Assembly (NCBI GenBank): GCA_035489815.1
Contig: DATHJH010000013.1
Location: 1 to 59,537 of the forward strand
Length of the DNA stretch: 59,537 bases
Direction: 5' to 3'
Origin: Candidatus Limnocylindria bacterium
Lineage (GTDB): Bacteria; Patescibacteriota; Saccharimonadia; Saccharimonadales; JAGQNK01
Both the position numbers and the translations under genes were made by a program. This document shows positions 1 through 10,020 of the stretch, piece by piece. Under the pieces are notes generated by a model. The model had not been told where the DNA came from. It saw nothing but the letters and a program-made list of their open reading frames with translations, and searched no databases. The stretch's first letter is position 1, and each line of letters opens with the position of its first letter.

Positions 1-151
1 CAAATTTAGGCTGATGATCCGGGTGAGACAGAATCATCCAGACCGAGTGAAACATATCCGTAGATACAGTGAGCAAGGGGTGGGTGATTATGGCCGCCCG
101 GACGCAGTCTAAAATGTGGATTTTGTTTTGCGGGGGCTATAGAATAGATGA

Positions 152-652
152 ATGCGAAGATACGACTTACCTCCCGCTGATTGGTCAGAAGTCCCGTTGC
201 GGGCGCGGAGGGCTCTAGCTGGCTGTATAGTGCTGGGTCTTGGGGTGGCAGCAATTGCTTTTTGGCCAGATGGAGATGCATTTACTCCCGATGCCCAAAT
301 CCAGGGTACGCTTGCTGATGGCACCAGGCTGGATGGCCTGGTTGACCTTGAGTGTACTGACCAGAGTTCCAATACGGTCATTGGCACTGTTCGCCTGGTG
401 ACACAGAGACTTGGTGATACTACCCCAGGCGGCCGCGAAGTACAGGTCCCGGCTGCGGCCGGGTTCGAGGACTGTGCTACGGCAATTGACGCCGTATTGG
501 AGGCGGGCATGTCCGGGGTTACGACGCAGGTGGTGTATGACGTCCAGGAACTTGAACCCGATGGCTCAGAGGATGGAAGCCCCTCGACGGCACGCGATTA
601 TCAGGAGTCGCTTGAGGTAAGCAACCTACAAGTATTCGAAATACCGGGTTAG
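152..652 (+). CDS. Hypothetical membrane-anchored protein (orphan)
   Basis: 166-aa ORF with one hydrophobic helix (ALAGCIVLGLGVAAIAFW); TAGAAT 6 nt before ATG. Confidence 0.6.
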   Translation: MRRYDLPPADWSEVPLRARRALAGCIVLGLGVAAIAFWPDGDAFTPDAQIQGTLADGTRLDGLVDLECTDQSSNTVIGTVRLVTQRLGDTTPGGREVQVPAAAGFEDCATAIDAVLEAGMSGVTTQVVYDVQELEPDGSEDGSPSTARDYQESLEVSNLQVFEIPG

Positions 653-678
653 CCCATCTGACCATATACATAGTTTCC

Positions 679-752
679 TGTCATGCCGGACTTGATCCGG
701 CATCCAGAGATGTTATGCCAGGCCTGGGTTCCCAGTCAAGCTGGGAATGACG
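679..752. repeat. CGTC-type REP doublet (inverted pair)
   Basis: TGTCATGCCGGACTTGATCCGGCATCCAG at 679-707; inverted copy CTGGGTTCCCAGTCAAGCTGGGAATGACG at 724-752. Confidence 0.9.
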
Positions 753-808
753 GGGGTGGTGAGGTCAGGTCAGATAGCGCTTAGAGTGAAAGATGATATA
801 GTAAGCGC

Positions 809-1624
809 ATGCTTTTTCTAAGCGGGTCTTGCCTCAAAATGAGTGCAGCCACCGCAACCGTTATGGCCCTCACTTTCAGTCCCGTCTGCCAGCCGCCAAC
901 TCCAAAGCCTGTAACGCATCGTCCCCGTGCAGCCTATCGGGTATCAGCACCCCGTCGCAGGGTTACGTCAATTAAGCTGACGGCTTTGGCAGCCAATCCC
1001 ATCCCATCTATGCCCTTGCAGCAACCCCCGCCTGACTGCGCAAAGCAGGCTTGTCTGGCCCTCACTTTTGACGACGGACCCGATCCGCACCTTACACCAA
1101 AGCTGCTGGATATTCTGGCAGAGCACCAGGTAAAAGCCACGTTCTTTGTCCTAGGTTCCCAGGTGGCCAGGTACCCGGAGCTGGCACGACGGATAGCAGA
1201 AGAAGGTCACGAAATCGGCAACCACAGCTGGGGGCACGGCAACTTCACTAAAATGAAGCCCGCCCAGATGCTACAGGACATTACCCATACCCAGGATATG
1301 CTGCAAGCAGCCGGGGTTACGCCGCCCACGCTCTTTCGCCCGCCGTACGGTGCGTCCAATGAAGCAGTTCGCCGCACCGTGCCACTGGCATTTACCTTTT
1401 GGAATATTGACCCCAGGGATTGGAAGCAGCAAAAACCCACCGAACTAACTGCCAGCATCATGGCCGCAGCCAAACCGGGAGGCATTGTAGTATTGCATGA
1501 TATAAAATCCACCACAGTTGCAGCGGCCCCGGAATTTATAACCAACTTGAAGCAAAGATATCACCTTGTCACCGTGAGCCGGCTGAAGCCCGTTACTCAG
1601 AGTGCCGGACATGCTACTCGTTGA
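809..1624 (+). CDS. Polysaccharide/peptidoglycan deacetylase (NodB/CE4 family)
   Basis: Motifs ALTFDDGP, HEIGNHSWGH, FRPPYG, GIVVLHD; N-terminal hydrophobic and Pro-rich linker; TATAGT 6 nt before ATG. Confidence 0.92.
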   Translation: MLFLSGSCLKMSAATATVMALTFSPVCQPPTPKPVTHRPRAAYRVSAPRRRVTSIKLTALAANPIPSMPLQQPPPDCAKQACLALTFDDGPDPHLTPKLLDILAEHQVKATFFVLGSQVARYPELARRIAEEGHEIGNHSWGHGNFTKMKPAQMLQDITHTQDMLQAAGVTPPTLFRPPYGASNEAVRRTVPLAFTFWNIDPRDWKQQKPTELTASIMAAAKPGGIVVLHDIKSTTVAAAPEFITNLKQRYHLVTVSRLKPVTQSAGHATR

Positions 1625-1649
1625 CCTCTGTTAGCTGTCATGGTATGGT
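1621..1649 (+). promoter_or_regulatory. sigma70-type promoter upstream of alaX-leuS
   Basis: TTGACC-17 nt-TATGGT with TGn extension. Confidence 0.5.
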
Positions 1650-1762
1650 TAAGGTAATGATTTCTCAAAACTACCGTCTGCAATTTTTCCTCGCCCTGTA
1701 GGGCGCTTTTCTCTTTTATTTACATTTTAGAAAATAATTCAGACTAATTGATGAGGTAAAAC

Positions 1763-2509
1763 ATGGCAACTGAACTAGTATATTTACAGGATTTTGAGGT
1801 GACAACCTGCGACGCTACCGTCCAGGCAGCAGAGGGGATCGAAGAAGGGGCGGTAGATATTCAACTGGATCAAACCTGCTTTTATCCCAGGGGCGGCGGA
1901 CAAGATTGGGACACAGGGACTATCAAGAGCGCCGATGACTCGGCGGCTTTTGCCGTGCGTGAGGTCCGGCTGGACGAGCATGGCACCGTGCACCACATAG
2001 GAACAGTTACAGCCGGTACTCTAAAAGCAGGTGACAGAGTAAGCTGCAGCGTAGACCCGGCGCGGCGAATGATCAACACTCGCCTGCACTCTGCCGGGCA
2101 TACCGTAGATCTGGCGGTAGATCGCCTAAAGTTACCTTTAACACCCGTTCGTGGCGGCCACTACCCTCACATGAGCTTTGTCGAATACGAAGGAACTGTA
2201 GAGCCAGAACAGGCCGAAGAGATCCGGCAGAAAGTTGAGGCAATTGTGCATGAGGTCATAGACAAAGGCAGTGAAAACGAAATCCGTTTCATGCCCGTGT
2301 CAGAAATGCACACAGTCTGCCGCCATGTGCCGCCCAACATTCCCGCCAACAAACCAGCCCGGGTGGTTATCTACGATGGCACATTCGGTGTCCCTTGCGG
2401 TGGTACGCATGTAAAAAATGTTCATGACATTGGCCAGGTCCATGTGACCAAGCTAAAAACCAAAAAAGGCCTTACCAAAGTTTCCTATACCGTAGAAGGG
2501 ATAAACTGA
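1763..2509 (+). CDS. alaX: AlaX-type alanyl-tRNA editing protein
   Basis: QTCFYPRGGGQ..DTG, HSAGH (HxxxH) and CGGTH (CxxxH) zinc editing motifs. Confidence 0.88.
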   Translation: MATELVYLQDFEVTTCDATVQAAEGIEEGAVDIQLDQTCFYPRGGGQDWDTGTIKSADDSAAFAVREVRLDEHGTVHHIGTVTAGTLKAGDRVSCSVDPARRMINTRLHSAGHTVDLAVDRLKLPLTPVRGGHYPHMSFVEYEGTVEPEQAEEIRQKVEAIVHEVIDKGSENEIRFMPVSEMHTVCRHVPPNIPANKPARVVIYDGTFGVPCGGTHVKNVHDIGQVHVTKLKTKKGLTKVSYTVEGIN

Positions 2510-2522
2510 TAGGATAAGTATC

Positions 2523-5417
2523 ATGAAACGCTACGTACCTAAAGATATTGAACCCAAGTGGCAAAAGACCTGGGAAGAGCAGGGTATTTATGAGGCTTCT
2601 GAGGATCCCGGCAAGCCCAAGCGCTATGTGCTGGAGTATTTTCCGTACCCCAGCGGAGCGGCCATGCATGTCGGCCATGTGCGTAACTATACTATTGGTG
2701 ACGCTGTCAGCCGCTTTAATCGTATGCAAGGCTTCAATGTGCTCCACCCCATGGGCTGGGATGCCTTTGGCCTGCCGGCAGAAAACTACGCTATCAAAAC
2801 CGGCATCAGTCCCCGCCAGGCGGTAGATCAAAACACCGCGCGCTTCAAAAAACAATTGACGCAGATGGGTTTTGGCTATGATTGGTCGCGCGAGATAGAT
2901 AGTACTGATCCTAGCTACTACAGGTGGACGCAGTGGTTCTTTTTGTTGCTGTTCAAACGCGGGTTGGCCTACCAGCAAGAGAGCCTGCAATGGTGGTGCC
3001 CCGTAGACAAAACTGTTTTGGCCAACGAACAGGTAGAAGCCGGCAAGTGCTGGCGCTGCGGGAATGAAGTAGAGAAAAAGGCGCTCAAGCAGTGGTTCTT
3101 CAAGATCACGGACTACGCCGATCGTCTGGCCAAAGATCTGGACGACGTAAACTGGTCTGACGGTATCAAGCAGATGCAGCGTAACTGGATCGGCCGTTCC
3201 AAGGGCGCGGAAGTCGATTTTAAAGTAGATGAACATGATGAAACCCTGCGGATATTCACGACACGCCCGGACACGCTGTTTGGGGCGACGTTCATGGTGC
3301 TGGCACCCGAACATCCGCTGGTGAAGGTTGTCACCACGGACGCGCAAAAGGGCGACGTAGAAAAGTACGTCAAGTCCGCCCAGGCCAAGAGCGATGTTGA
3401 ACGCCAGGAAACCGACCGTGAAAAAACCGGCGTTTTCACAGGTGCCTACGCCATCAATCCGGTCAATGATGAAAAGATTCCAATTTGGATTGCCGACTAC
3501 GTGCTGATGGGCTACGGCACCGGAGCCATCATGGCTGTTCCCGGGCATGACCAGCGCGACTTTGACTTTGCCCGCAAGTTCCAGCTGCCCATCAAATACG
3601 TTGTCGAACCGGTCTTTGGTGAGCCACAGGGTGACGAGGCCTATAAAGATAGTGTCATTGTAGCTGTCCGTAACCCAGAAGATAATACGGTGATCGTGTT
3701 AGACTGGGGCCCGCGCCAGGCCCGGCACGGAGGCAACATGCTTATTGGCGGCGGCATTGACCAGGGTGAAGACCCTATCGAGTGTGCTAAGCGCGAGATC
3801 GCAGAAGAAACCGGCTATACCGACGTGGCCTTTGTGAAGCAGTCAGATTTCATCGGTCACGGCTATTTTCACTCTGACGTCAAAAACAAAAATATCTATA
3901 CCAAATGTATAGGCATGTTGTTTGACCTCAAGAGTGACAAAAAAGTAGCGCAAAAGCTGGATGATGGTGAAAAAGATAAATTCAAGGTCACCTGGCAGCC
4001 CAGAGAGAAAGTTGCCGACCTACTGGACGATGGCATACACGAAGCTTTGTACCGTCACCTTTTGCTAAACGAGACGTACCACGGCGAGGGCCTGATGGTG
4101 GGTTCTGGCAATTATGACGGCCAACCATCCAGCGAAGTCCGAGAAAAGCTTGTCGCTGATTTGGCAGCCAGGAAGCTGGGTCAGGAGCAGGTCAATTACA
4201 AAATGCGCGACTGGCTCATCAGCAGACAACGGTATTGGGGTGCGCCGATTCCGATCATTCACTGCCCCACAGACGGTGCCGTGGCCGTGCCGGAAGATCA
4301 ACTGCCCGTGGTTCTACCGCCGGTAGAAAGCTACGAACCCAGCGGAGATGGGCGAAGCCCGCTGGCAAACGTGCCGGAGTTTGTGAATACTACTTGTCCC
4401 AAGTGCGGCGGCCCTTCCCAGCGTGAAACTGACACCATGGACGGCTTTGCCTGCAGCAGCTGGTATTTCCTGCGCTTTGCCGATCCGCATAATGACAAAG
4501 AACCTTTCAGCAAGGAAAAGGCCAAGTTCTGGCTGCCGGTAGACGACTACATTGGTGGTGCGGAGCACGCCGTCATGCACTTGCTGTACGCCCGTTTTTG
4601 GACCAAGGTGATGTACGACGAGGGGCTGATTGACTTTCAGGAACCATTTAAAACGTTGCGTAACCACGGTATGATACTGGCCCCAGACGGTGCCAAGATG
4701 AGCAAGTCCAAAGGCAATACTATCGAACCGGACGGTCTGATAGAGCAAGGCTACGGCGCGGATTCTATTCGTATTATGGAACTGTTCATCGGTCCCTGGA
4801 ACCAGGTGGCCGCCTGGAGCGTAGAAGGCTTGGGCGGCAGCCACCGGTTCCTGCAGCGCGTCTGGACTTTAGTCCAAGAGGTAGTCGAGGATAAGAAGCT
4901 TGCCCCCGATACCCGCGAAGAGCCGGCTGCCCGTCAGGCGCTCGTGCTGGCGCACCAAACGACCAAGCGAGTGACAGAAGACTTGCAAGACCTCGGCCTT
5001 AACACCGCTATTGCCAGGTTGATGGAGTCTGTGAACGGTCTCTATAGACTAAAAGGCAGTATGAGCCTGCAGCTGAAATCACCCGAATGGCTGGAGGCAA
5101 CTACAACGCTGCTCAAACTGCTGGCACCTTTTGCCCCGCACATTACAGAGGAACTGTGGCAGCAACTGGGTCAAGAGGGCTCGATTCATACAAGCGAGTG
5201 GCCCAAGTGGGACGAAAAATACTTGACGAAAGACACCTTGAATATAGTCGTGCAGGTCAACGGCAAGGTCCGGGCAAACGTAGAGGTCCCGGCAGATGCA
5301 TCCGAAGAGACAGTGCTGGAGGCGGCCAAAGCCAATGAAAAGGTGGCAGGCTATATTAAAGACGGCATCAAAAAATCCATCTATGTACCAAAAAAACTGG
5401 TTAACTTTGTTGTCTGA
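2523..5417 (+). CDS. leuS: Leucine--tRNA ligase with internal Nudix-like insertion
   Basis: FPYPSG..HVGH (HIGH), KMSKS, DWLISRQRYWG, GGAEHAVMHLLY; extra segment containing a Nudix box at about 3750-3820. Confidence 0.99.
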   Translation: MKRYVPKDIEPKWQKTWEEQGIYEASEDPGKPKRYVLEYFPYPSGAAMHVGHVRNYTIGDAVSRFNRMQGFNVLHPMGWDAFGLPAENYAIKTGISPRQAVDQNTARFKKQLTQMGFGYDWSREIDSTDPSYYRWTQWFFLLLFKRGLAYQQESLQWWCPVDKTVLANEQVEAGKCWRCGNEVEKKALKQWFFKITDYADRLAKDLDDVNWSDGIKQMQRNWIGRSKGAEVDFKVDEHDETLRIFTTRPDTLFGATFMVLAPEHPLVKVVTTDAQKGDVEKYVKSAQAKSDVERQETDREKTGVFTGAYAINPVNDEKIPIWIADYVLMGYGTGAIMAVPGHDQRDFDFARKFQLPIKYVVEPVFGEPQGDEAYKDSVIVAVRNPEDNTVIVLDWGPRQARHGGNMLIGGGIDQGEDPIECAKREIAEETGYTDVAFVKQSDFIGHGYFHSDVKNKNIYTKCIGMLFDLKSDKKVAQKLDDGEKDKFKVTWQPREKVADLLDDGIHEALYRHLLLNETYHGEGLMVGSGNYDGQPSSEVREKLVADLAARKLGQEQVNYKMRDWLISRQRYWGAPIPIIHCPTDGAVAVPEDQLPVVLPPVESYEPSGDGRSPLANVPEFVNTTCPKCGGPSQRETDTMDGFACSSWYFLRFADPHNDKEPFSKEKAKFWLPVDDYIGGAEHAVMHLLYARFWTKVMYDEGLIDFQEPFKTLRNHGMILAPDGAKMSKSKGNTIEPDGLIEQGYGADSIRIMELFIGPWNQVAAWSVEGLGGSHRFLQRVWTLVQEVVEDKKLAPDTREEPAARQALVLAHQTTKRVTEDLQDLGLNTAIARLMESVNGLYRLKGSMSLQLKSPEWLEATTTLLKLLAPFAPHITEELWQQLGQEGSIHTSEWPKWDEKYLTKDTLNIVVQVNGKVRANVEVPADASEETVLEAAKANEKVAGYIKDGIKKSIYVPKKLVNFVV

Positions 5418-5443
5418 AACAAACTAAAATAAGGGGGTGTCTT

Positions 5444-5944
5444 TTGCGTTCGCTGCTGATTGTCATAGATTTACAGAAGGGCTGGCGGCACAAAACCGCG
5501 ACCGAATCGGCTATGCTCCGCACGGTGGAGCTTTGCCAGGAATTCCCGGGCGACATCATTCACTGCCGGTTTAAAAATGATCCCAAGAGCCTGTTCCAGA
5601 CCCAGCTGCACTGGACGCGGTTTGTAGAGTCCGACGACACAGACGAGATACCAGAGATTGCCAAACTTAAACTGCCCACCCGCTGGCGGACCACTTACTC
5701 CTGTGTTAATGATGAAATGCGGTCCATTCTTAAACAGTACGACCGTGTCTATATAGCCGGGGTTTTTACCGACATCAGCGTGTTTGTGACGGCGCTGGAT
5801 ATTTTTGACATGAACATACCGGTGGGCGTGGTGACGGACTGCATTGCTACCTTGCATGGCGAGCCGGTTCACCACTACTGCTTGCGTTCGCTCAGCCATG
5901 CCATTGGCAAGAAGTCCATGGTTGAAGCCCAAACGCTTGTATAA
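5444..5944 (+). CDS. Isochorismatase-family (cysteine hydrolase) protein; catalytic Cys replaced by Ser
   Basis: LIVIDLQ, AGVFTDISV, VVTDCIAT motifs; TTG start. Confidence 0.75.
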   Translation: MRSLLIVIDLQKGWRHKTATESAMLRTVELCQEFPGDIIHCRFKNDPKSLFQTQLHWTRFVESDDTDEIPEIAKLKLPTRWRTTYSCVNDEMRSILKQYDRVYIAGVFTDISVFVTALDIFDMNIPVGVVTDCIATLHGEPVHHYCLRSLSHAIGKKSMVEAQTLV

Positions 5945-5975
5945 CAATCTCAGTAGGCCGGGTGGCTCTGCTAGG

Positions 5976-6182
5976 ACCTGACCCTCAAACCCCCAACCCA
6001 CACTTCATCCCCTCCACTGTCATTCCCAACTAGACCCCGGAATCCAGTAGATACAAGTAATTAACTTTTCTTTATTGACTGAATACCGGGTCTCTAAGCT
6101 CGTTCCCCAATCAAGTTGAGGACAGGCTCTCAGCTTGACTGGGGGCCCGGTATGACGGGATTGGAGGTTTTGAGACTCAGGT
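5976..6182. mobile_element. REP-doublet MITE-like element, family R2
   Basis: Ends ACCTGACCCTCAAAC / GTTTTGAGACTCAGGT; internal REP pair; flanked by TGCTAGG at 5969-5975 and 6183-6189; homologous to 40111-40275 and 45330-45493. Confidence 0.8.
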
Positions 6183-6184
6183 TG

Positions 6185-6382
6185 CTAGGGGGTTGTAGGA
6201 GGCAAGGTGGCAGTTGGCTCGGAGGGTTCAATACTTTCAGCAGATGGATCGTCCGAAAACCAATCACCTACCTCCGATGCTGCTTTGACTGCTAAAACAC
6301 CGGCCGCCAGCGCCACGCTGCAAGCTACGCCCAGCACTATCTCAATAAGACCGTTAGCTTCCTTGTTGTCTAGGTCGCTCAT
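6185..6382 (-). CDS. Small hypothetical membrane protein
   Basis: MSDLDNK start 7 nt after TATAAT; one hydrophobic segment. Confidence 0.5.
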   Translation of the reverse strand: MSDLDNKEANGLIEIVLGVACSVALAAGVLAVKAASEVGDWFSDDPSAESIEPSEPTATLPPTTP

Positions 6383-6426
6383 ACTACATATTATACAAAT
6401 ATATAGCGCATATGTCAATTTTACTC

Positions 6427-6455
6427 TTGAGTTTGCGGTGTAAAAGCGCTACACT
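6427..6455 (+). promoter_or_regulatory. Promoter for rpmF-nusB region
   Basis: TTGAGT-17 nt-TACACT. Confidence 0.5.
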
Positions 6456-6513
6456 ATCAGGTAATATTCAGTAGGTAATCAGGCAATAGTCAGATAAAAG
6501 GAGTAGTTTTCAA

Positions 6514-6675
6514 ATGGGTAAACCCAAAAAACGAACAAGCCCCCGCCGTACCGGCACACGCCGCAGCCACTTGGTGCTTAAGCTGGCGCGGGCCGTTAAT
6601 GCCAAGTCGCCGGTCAAAGCGCGCACCACACGCCGCGAAACCGGCAAAGCACAAAGTAAGACCAAAACTGCCTAA
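6514..6675 (+). CDS. rpmF: 50S ribosomal protein L32 (no zinc-ribbon cysteines); not in the ORF track
   Basis: Translated by hand: MGKPKKRTSPRRTGTRRSHLVLKLARAVNAKSPV...; AAGGAG RBS; directly upstream of nusB. Confidence 0.85.
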   Translation: MGKPKKRTSPRRTGTRRSHLVLKLARAVNAKSPVKARTTRRETGKAQSKTKTA

Positions 6676-6793
6676 AAAGAGCCTGCCCATGATTTCCAGT
6701 TTTGGAATCAAAAGCGAAACCATGGACAAGCTCTAAGCGGGCCAGTAGCGTATACTGGTACCAGCACCTTCACCACGGAAAGGTTCCAAGAAA

Positions 6794-7264
6794 ATGAGCG
6801 CTAACCGTCACCTAGGCCGAATCATTGCCCTGCAGACTCTCTATGAACAAGAGTTTCGTTTAGAGTGTGAGGACAAGAACTTTAAACTGTCAGAAGTACT
6901 GGCCAGAAACGTCAGCCGATACAAGGACATGGTGGAGGATCACGCCTTCATCAAAGACCTGGTGACGGGGGTAGACAAGCGGGCAAAAGAGTTAGACGCC
7001 ATCCTGCAACCCGTTGCCCCGGAGTGGCCAATCGACCAGATTGCCCGGATGGATCGGATTGTGCTCAGAATCGGAGTCTATGAACTGCTGTTTGGCAAAA
7101 ATGTACCGCCAAAAGTCGTTATCAACGAGGCGGTGGAACTGGCCAAGGCCTTCGGCGGTGAAAACTCCAGCAAATTCGTAAATGGTGTGCTGGGAACAGT
7201 CTTGCGGGAGCAAAATCACGAGGACGAACCCCCCAGGAAAAATGAAAGCCCGGAGAAGAAATAA
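6794..7264 (+). CDS. nusB: Transcription antitermination factor NusB
   Basis: [41 protein letters not shown]. Confidence 0.97.
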   Translation: MSANRHLGRIIALQTLYEQEFRLECEDKNFKLSEVLARNVSRYKDMVEDHAFIKDLVTGVDKRAKELDAILQPVAPEWPIDQIARMDRIVLRIGVYELLFGKNVPPKVVINEAVELAKAFGGENSSKFVNGVLGTVLREQNHEDEPPRKNESPEKK

Positions 7265-7376
7265 TGAAGTACATCATAAATCGTATACGTATAGCGTATA
7301 AAGTATTACGCATGCTGCAGCCCGTACGGCATGCCAAATACGGCATGCCAAATACCGCAACCCCTGGGGTTTTGCT

Positions 7377-7922
7377 GTGAGGCGGCCCAAACCACCAAAG
7401 TCGTTCCAGAAGCCTTTCCAGAAGCCGTTCCCAAAGCCGATCCAGGGATTCAGGAAGTTCGTAAGCAACCGTCGTCCTGCCATTAGCGAGGTGGTTCGGG
7501 AGCCTACCGCCGGTGGCATTATCTTTCGCCGCAGCGCCAGGAATCAGGATGTGGAAATCCTCCTTATCCAGGATGCCAAAGACCGCTGGACAATCCCCAA
7601 AGGTCACATAGAAGAAGGGGAAACGGCCAAAATTACTGCCGAACGCGAGGTCAAGGAAGAAACTGGGCTTGAAAAGGTAAAAGTCATGAACTGGCTGGGC
7701 AAGATTAATTTTCGGTACCGTCGGGGCTCCAGCCTGGTACTTATGACCACGGAAATTTTCCTGATTCAGGCACTGGGTGACACTGACCGCATCAAGCCGG
7801 AGGATTGGATGAATGGCATCAAATGGTTCCCGGCTACAGAGGCGCTGGACAAAATAGAGTATGAAGACATTGGCAAAATTATGCTCCTGGGGCTGAAGAA
7901 AATTCGTCAGGCCAGGCTGTAA
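7377..7922 (+). CDS. Nudix hydrolase (start uncertain)
   Basis: Nudix box GHIEEGETAKITAEREVKEETGL; N-terminal 12-bp tandem repeats (FQKP). Confidence 0.9.
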   Translation: MRRPKPPKSFQKPFQKPFPKPIQGFRKFVSNRRPAISEVVREPTAGGIIFRRSARNQDVEILLIQDAKDRWTIPKGHIEEGETAKITAEREVKEETGLEKVKVMNWLGKINFRYRRGSSLVLMTTEIFLIQALGDTDRIKPEDWMNGIKWFPATEALDKIEYEDIGKIMLLGLKKIRQARL

Positions 7923-7936
7923 AGTAGTAGAAAAGT

Positions 7937-8638
7937 ATGGATTTTAGTACATATAAAAGGTTTGCAGAAGAAAGTCTGGGCGTTGCCTTTGACCGGTTAG
8001 AATTGTTAGTAACGGCCTTTACCCACCGGTCTTACGTCAACGAGCACAAAAAATCGGTAAAAGAGCACAACGAACGTCTGGAATTCCTGGGTGATGCTGT
8101 TCTGGAACTGGTGGTAACAGAATATCTGTATGCCAATTTTAGTGAACCGGAAGGCGTACTGACTAACTGGCGCAGCGCCCTGGTGCGGACCGAAAGCATT
8201 GGTGCGGCTGCGGCACGGCTGGAATTTGAACCGCTGCTGCGCCTCAGCCGGGGCGAAAAGCGCGGCACAGCCCGTGCTCGTGCCCAAATCCTGGCCAATA
8301 CCTTTGAGGCGGTGATTGGTGCCCTGTACCTCGATCAAGGCTATGAGGCGTCCAAGGTTTTTATAGAAAAGAATTTGCTGATCACTTTTGCTGAAATTTT
8401 AAAAACTGGCTCCTGGATGGATCCAAAGTCCCACCTGCAGGAAGTGGTCCAGAGTCAGGAAGGCCACACGCCGCAGTACAAAGTACTTTCCGAAGAAGGG
8501 CCGGATCATGAAAAGACTTTTGCCGTTGGTGTATTTGCCGGCGGTACCTTACGCGGCAAGGGCACCGGTCCCAGCAAACAAACCGCTCAGGTAGCGGCCG
8601 CCGAAAACGCGCTAAAGGGCCAGAAGACCCGTACCTAA
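7937..8638 (+). CDS. rnc: Ribonuclease III
   Basis: AFTHRS, NERLEFLGDAVL signature, C-terminal dsRBD. Confidence 0.98.
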   Translation: MDFSTYKRFAEESLGVAFDRLELLVTAFTHRSYVNEHKKSVKEHNERLEFLGDAVLELVVTEYLYANFSEPEGVLTNWRSALVRTESIGAAAARLEFEPLLRLSRGEKRGTARARAQILANTFEAVIGALYLDQGYEASKVFIEKNLLITFAEILKTGSWMDPKSHLQEVVQSQEGHTPQYKVLSEEGPDHEKTFAVGVFAGGTLRGKGTGPSKQTAQVAAAENALKGQKTRT

Positions 8639-8763
8639 TCTATGTCGATAAGCCACCCAGTCTCTGCTGAATTTTCCACCTATTCCCCTTGCGCCCGGGC
8701 GGATGCCTATAGGCATGATTTTTTAAAAAGTAGTAAAAGGATAAAAGATCCAGGAGTAAAGCC

Positions 8764-9390
8764 ATGAGCCACCCAGGTAGAGTAGAACATGAACCACTTC
8801 CAGCCATACCACTTGCGGCCGGAGCAGTGCAGCGGCGACTGAAAAACTTATTTTTAGACACTACCCAGGTGTATTCGCTGCTGGTTGAGGCCTCGGACTC
8901 TAGCATGGCGTTCGCTGATGCTACTGACCCTCACCAATCTAAAATAATTGAACGACCGCGCGGTATAACAAGACAGGACGGCGCTTCTATCTCCATCTCG
9001 AATGAAGTTGAGCCTCATGCGGGCACGCAAGCGGCAGCGGTATTGGCTCCCTGGTTGTTGCAAGAAGTACGCATGGACATGACACTTGCGATTACTGTAG
9101 AGGCAGAGGGCGCCCCACCACAGACAGTAAGTGCACTCAAGGCTGGCTGTGATATTACTGGTATACCTACTCAGGTTGCTGCGGAATCAGGACCCCTGGT
9201 GGATGCGATTGGCGACCGGGGTGGAGCGCCCAGTATTGGTGATTTTTTTGATGCCGAGCAAGAGCACAGGAAGCATTTACTGATGATGCGCTATAGCCCA
9301 GAGCTACTCGGTACGCCTATGGCTTCCTATGTGCGTTTGACAACAGAGGTAGAATCAAGTAGAATGAGTCCTTATCCACAACAAATTTAA
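8764..9390 (+). CDS. Hypothetical protein (orphan)
   Basis: 208-aa ORF with AGGAG RBS; no recognised motif. Confidence 0.55.
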   Translation: MSHPGRVEHEPLPAIPLAAGAVQRRLKNLFLDTTQVYSLLVEASDSSMAFADATDPHQSKIIERPRGITRQDGASISISNEVEPHAGTQAAAVLAPWLLQEVRMDMTLAITVEAEGAPPQTVSALKAGCDITGIPTQVAAESGPLVDAIGDRGGAPSIGDFFDAEQEHRKHLLMMRYSPELLGTPMASYVRLTTEVESSRMSPYPQQI

Positions 9391-9407
9391 GGGAAGAGAG
9401 TAACAGA

Positions 9408-9986
9408 ATGTTAGTCATTCGTATGCAGCGCACCGGCCGTAAGGGTCACGCTCAATTCCGCGTAGTCGTTCAGGACTCACGCCGGACCCCTACCAGCGGA
9501 CGCGTGGTAGCCGCACTGGGGCATTACAATCCACACACTAAAGAATCCAGTCTGGATAAAGAAAAAGCCTTGCTCTACCTGGAGCACGGCGCACAGCCCT
9601 CTGACCGGGCGGCTCGTCTGCTGCAGGCTGAGGGCGTAAAGCTCCCCAAGTGGGTAAAGCTTGAGGCCAACAAGCAGCGTGCTATCCGCAACCTGGAAAA
9701 GCTTCGTAAAAACCGCCCCTCCACCGACGAAGCTATAGAGGACAAGCCAGCAGAGGAAGCTGCAGTTCCTGTAGAAGCCGTAGAAAAAGCTCCAGTTGAT
9801 GAAGCAGCTGCAGCGCCAGACCCTAAAGCCGCAGAGACTTCTGCCGAACAGCCTTCAGAAGCAAAGGCAGAGGATACGCCTGACGCTGTAGAGGAAGAGT
9901 CTGATAAGTCTGATAAGTCTGATACTTCTGATAAGAAGTCCGACAAAAAGTCTGAAGAGAAGCCCGAAGACAAAAAAGAAGCCTAA
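9408..9986 (+). CDS. rpsP: 30S ribosomal protein S16 with long acidic C-terminal extension
   Basis: MLVIRMQRTGRK...FRVVVQDSR...LGHYNP; low-complexity SDK-repeat tail. Confidence 0.97.
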   Translation: MLVIRMQRTGRKGHAQFRVVVQDSRRTPTSGRVVAALGHYNPHTKESSLDKEKALLYLEHGAQPSDRAARLLQAEGVKLPKWVKLEANKQRAIRNLEKLRKNRPSTDEAIEDKPAEEAAVPVEAVEKAPVDEAAAAPDPKAAETSAEQPSEAKAEDTPDAVEEESDKSDKSDTSDKKSDKKSEEKPEDKKEA

Positions 9987-10020
9987 GGCTTCTACAATCT
10001 AAGTTTTCGGTCAGTTCCTC

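Noticed and set aside
2-112. C-terminal fragment of a gene at the window start
   Set aside because: The open frame ending at TAA 112 has no recognisable motif and is truncated by the window.
2472-3548. Long antisense ORFs (also 15551-16435, 47563-48318, 57970-58686)
   Set aside because: They are shadows of well-supported genes on the other strand or frame.
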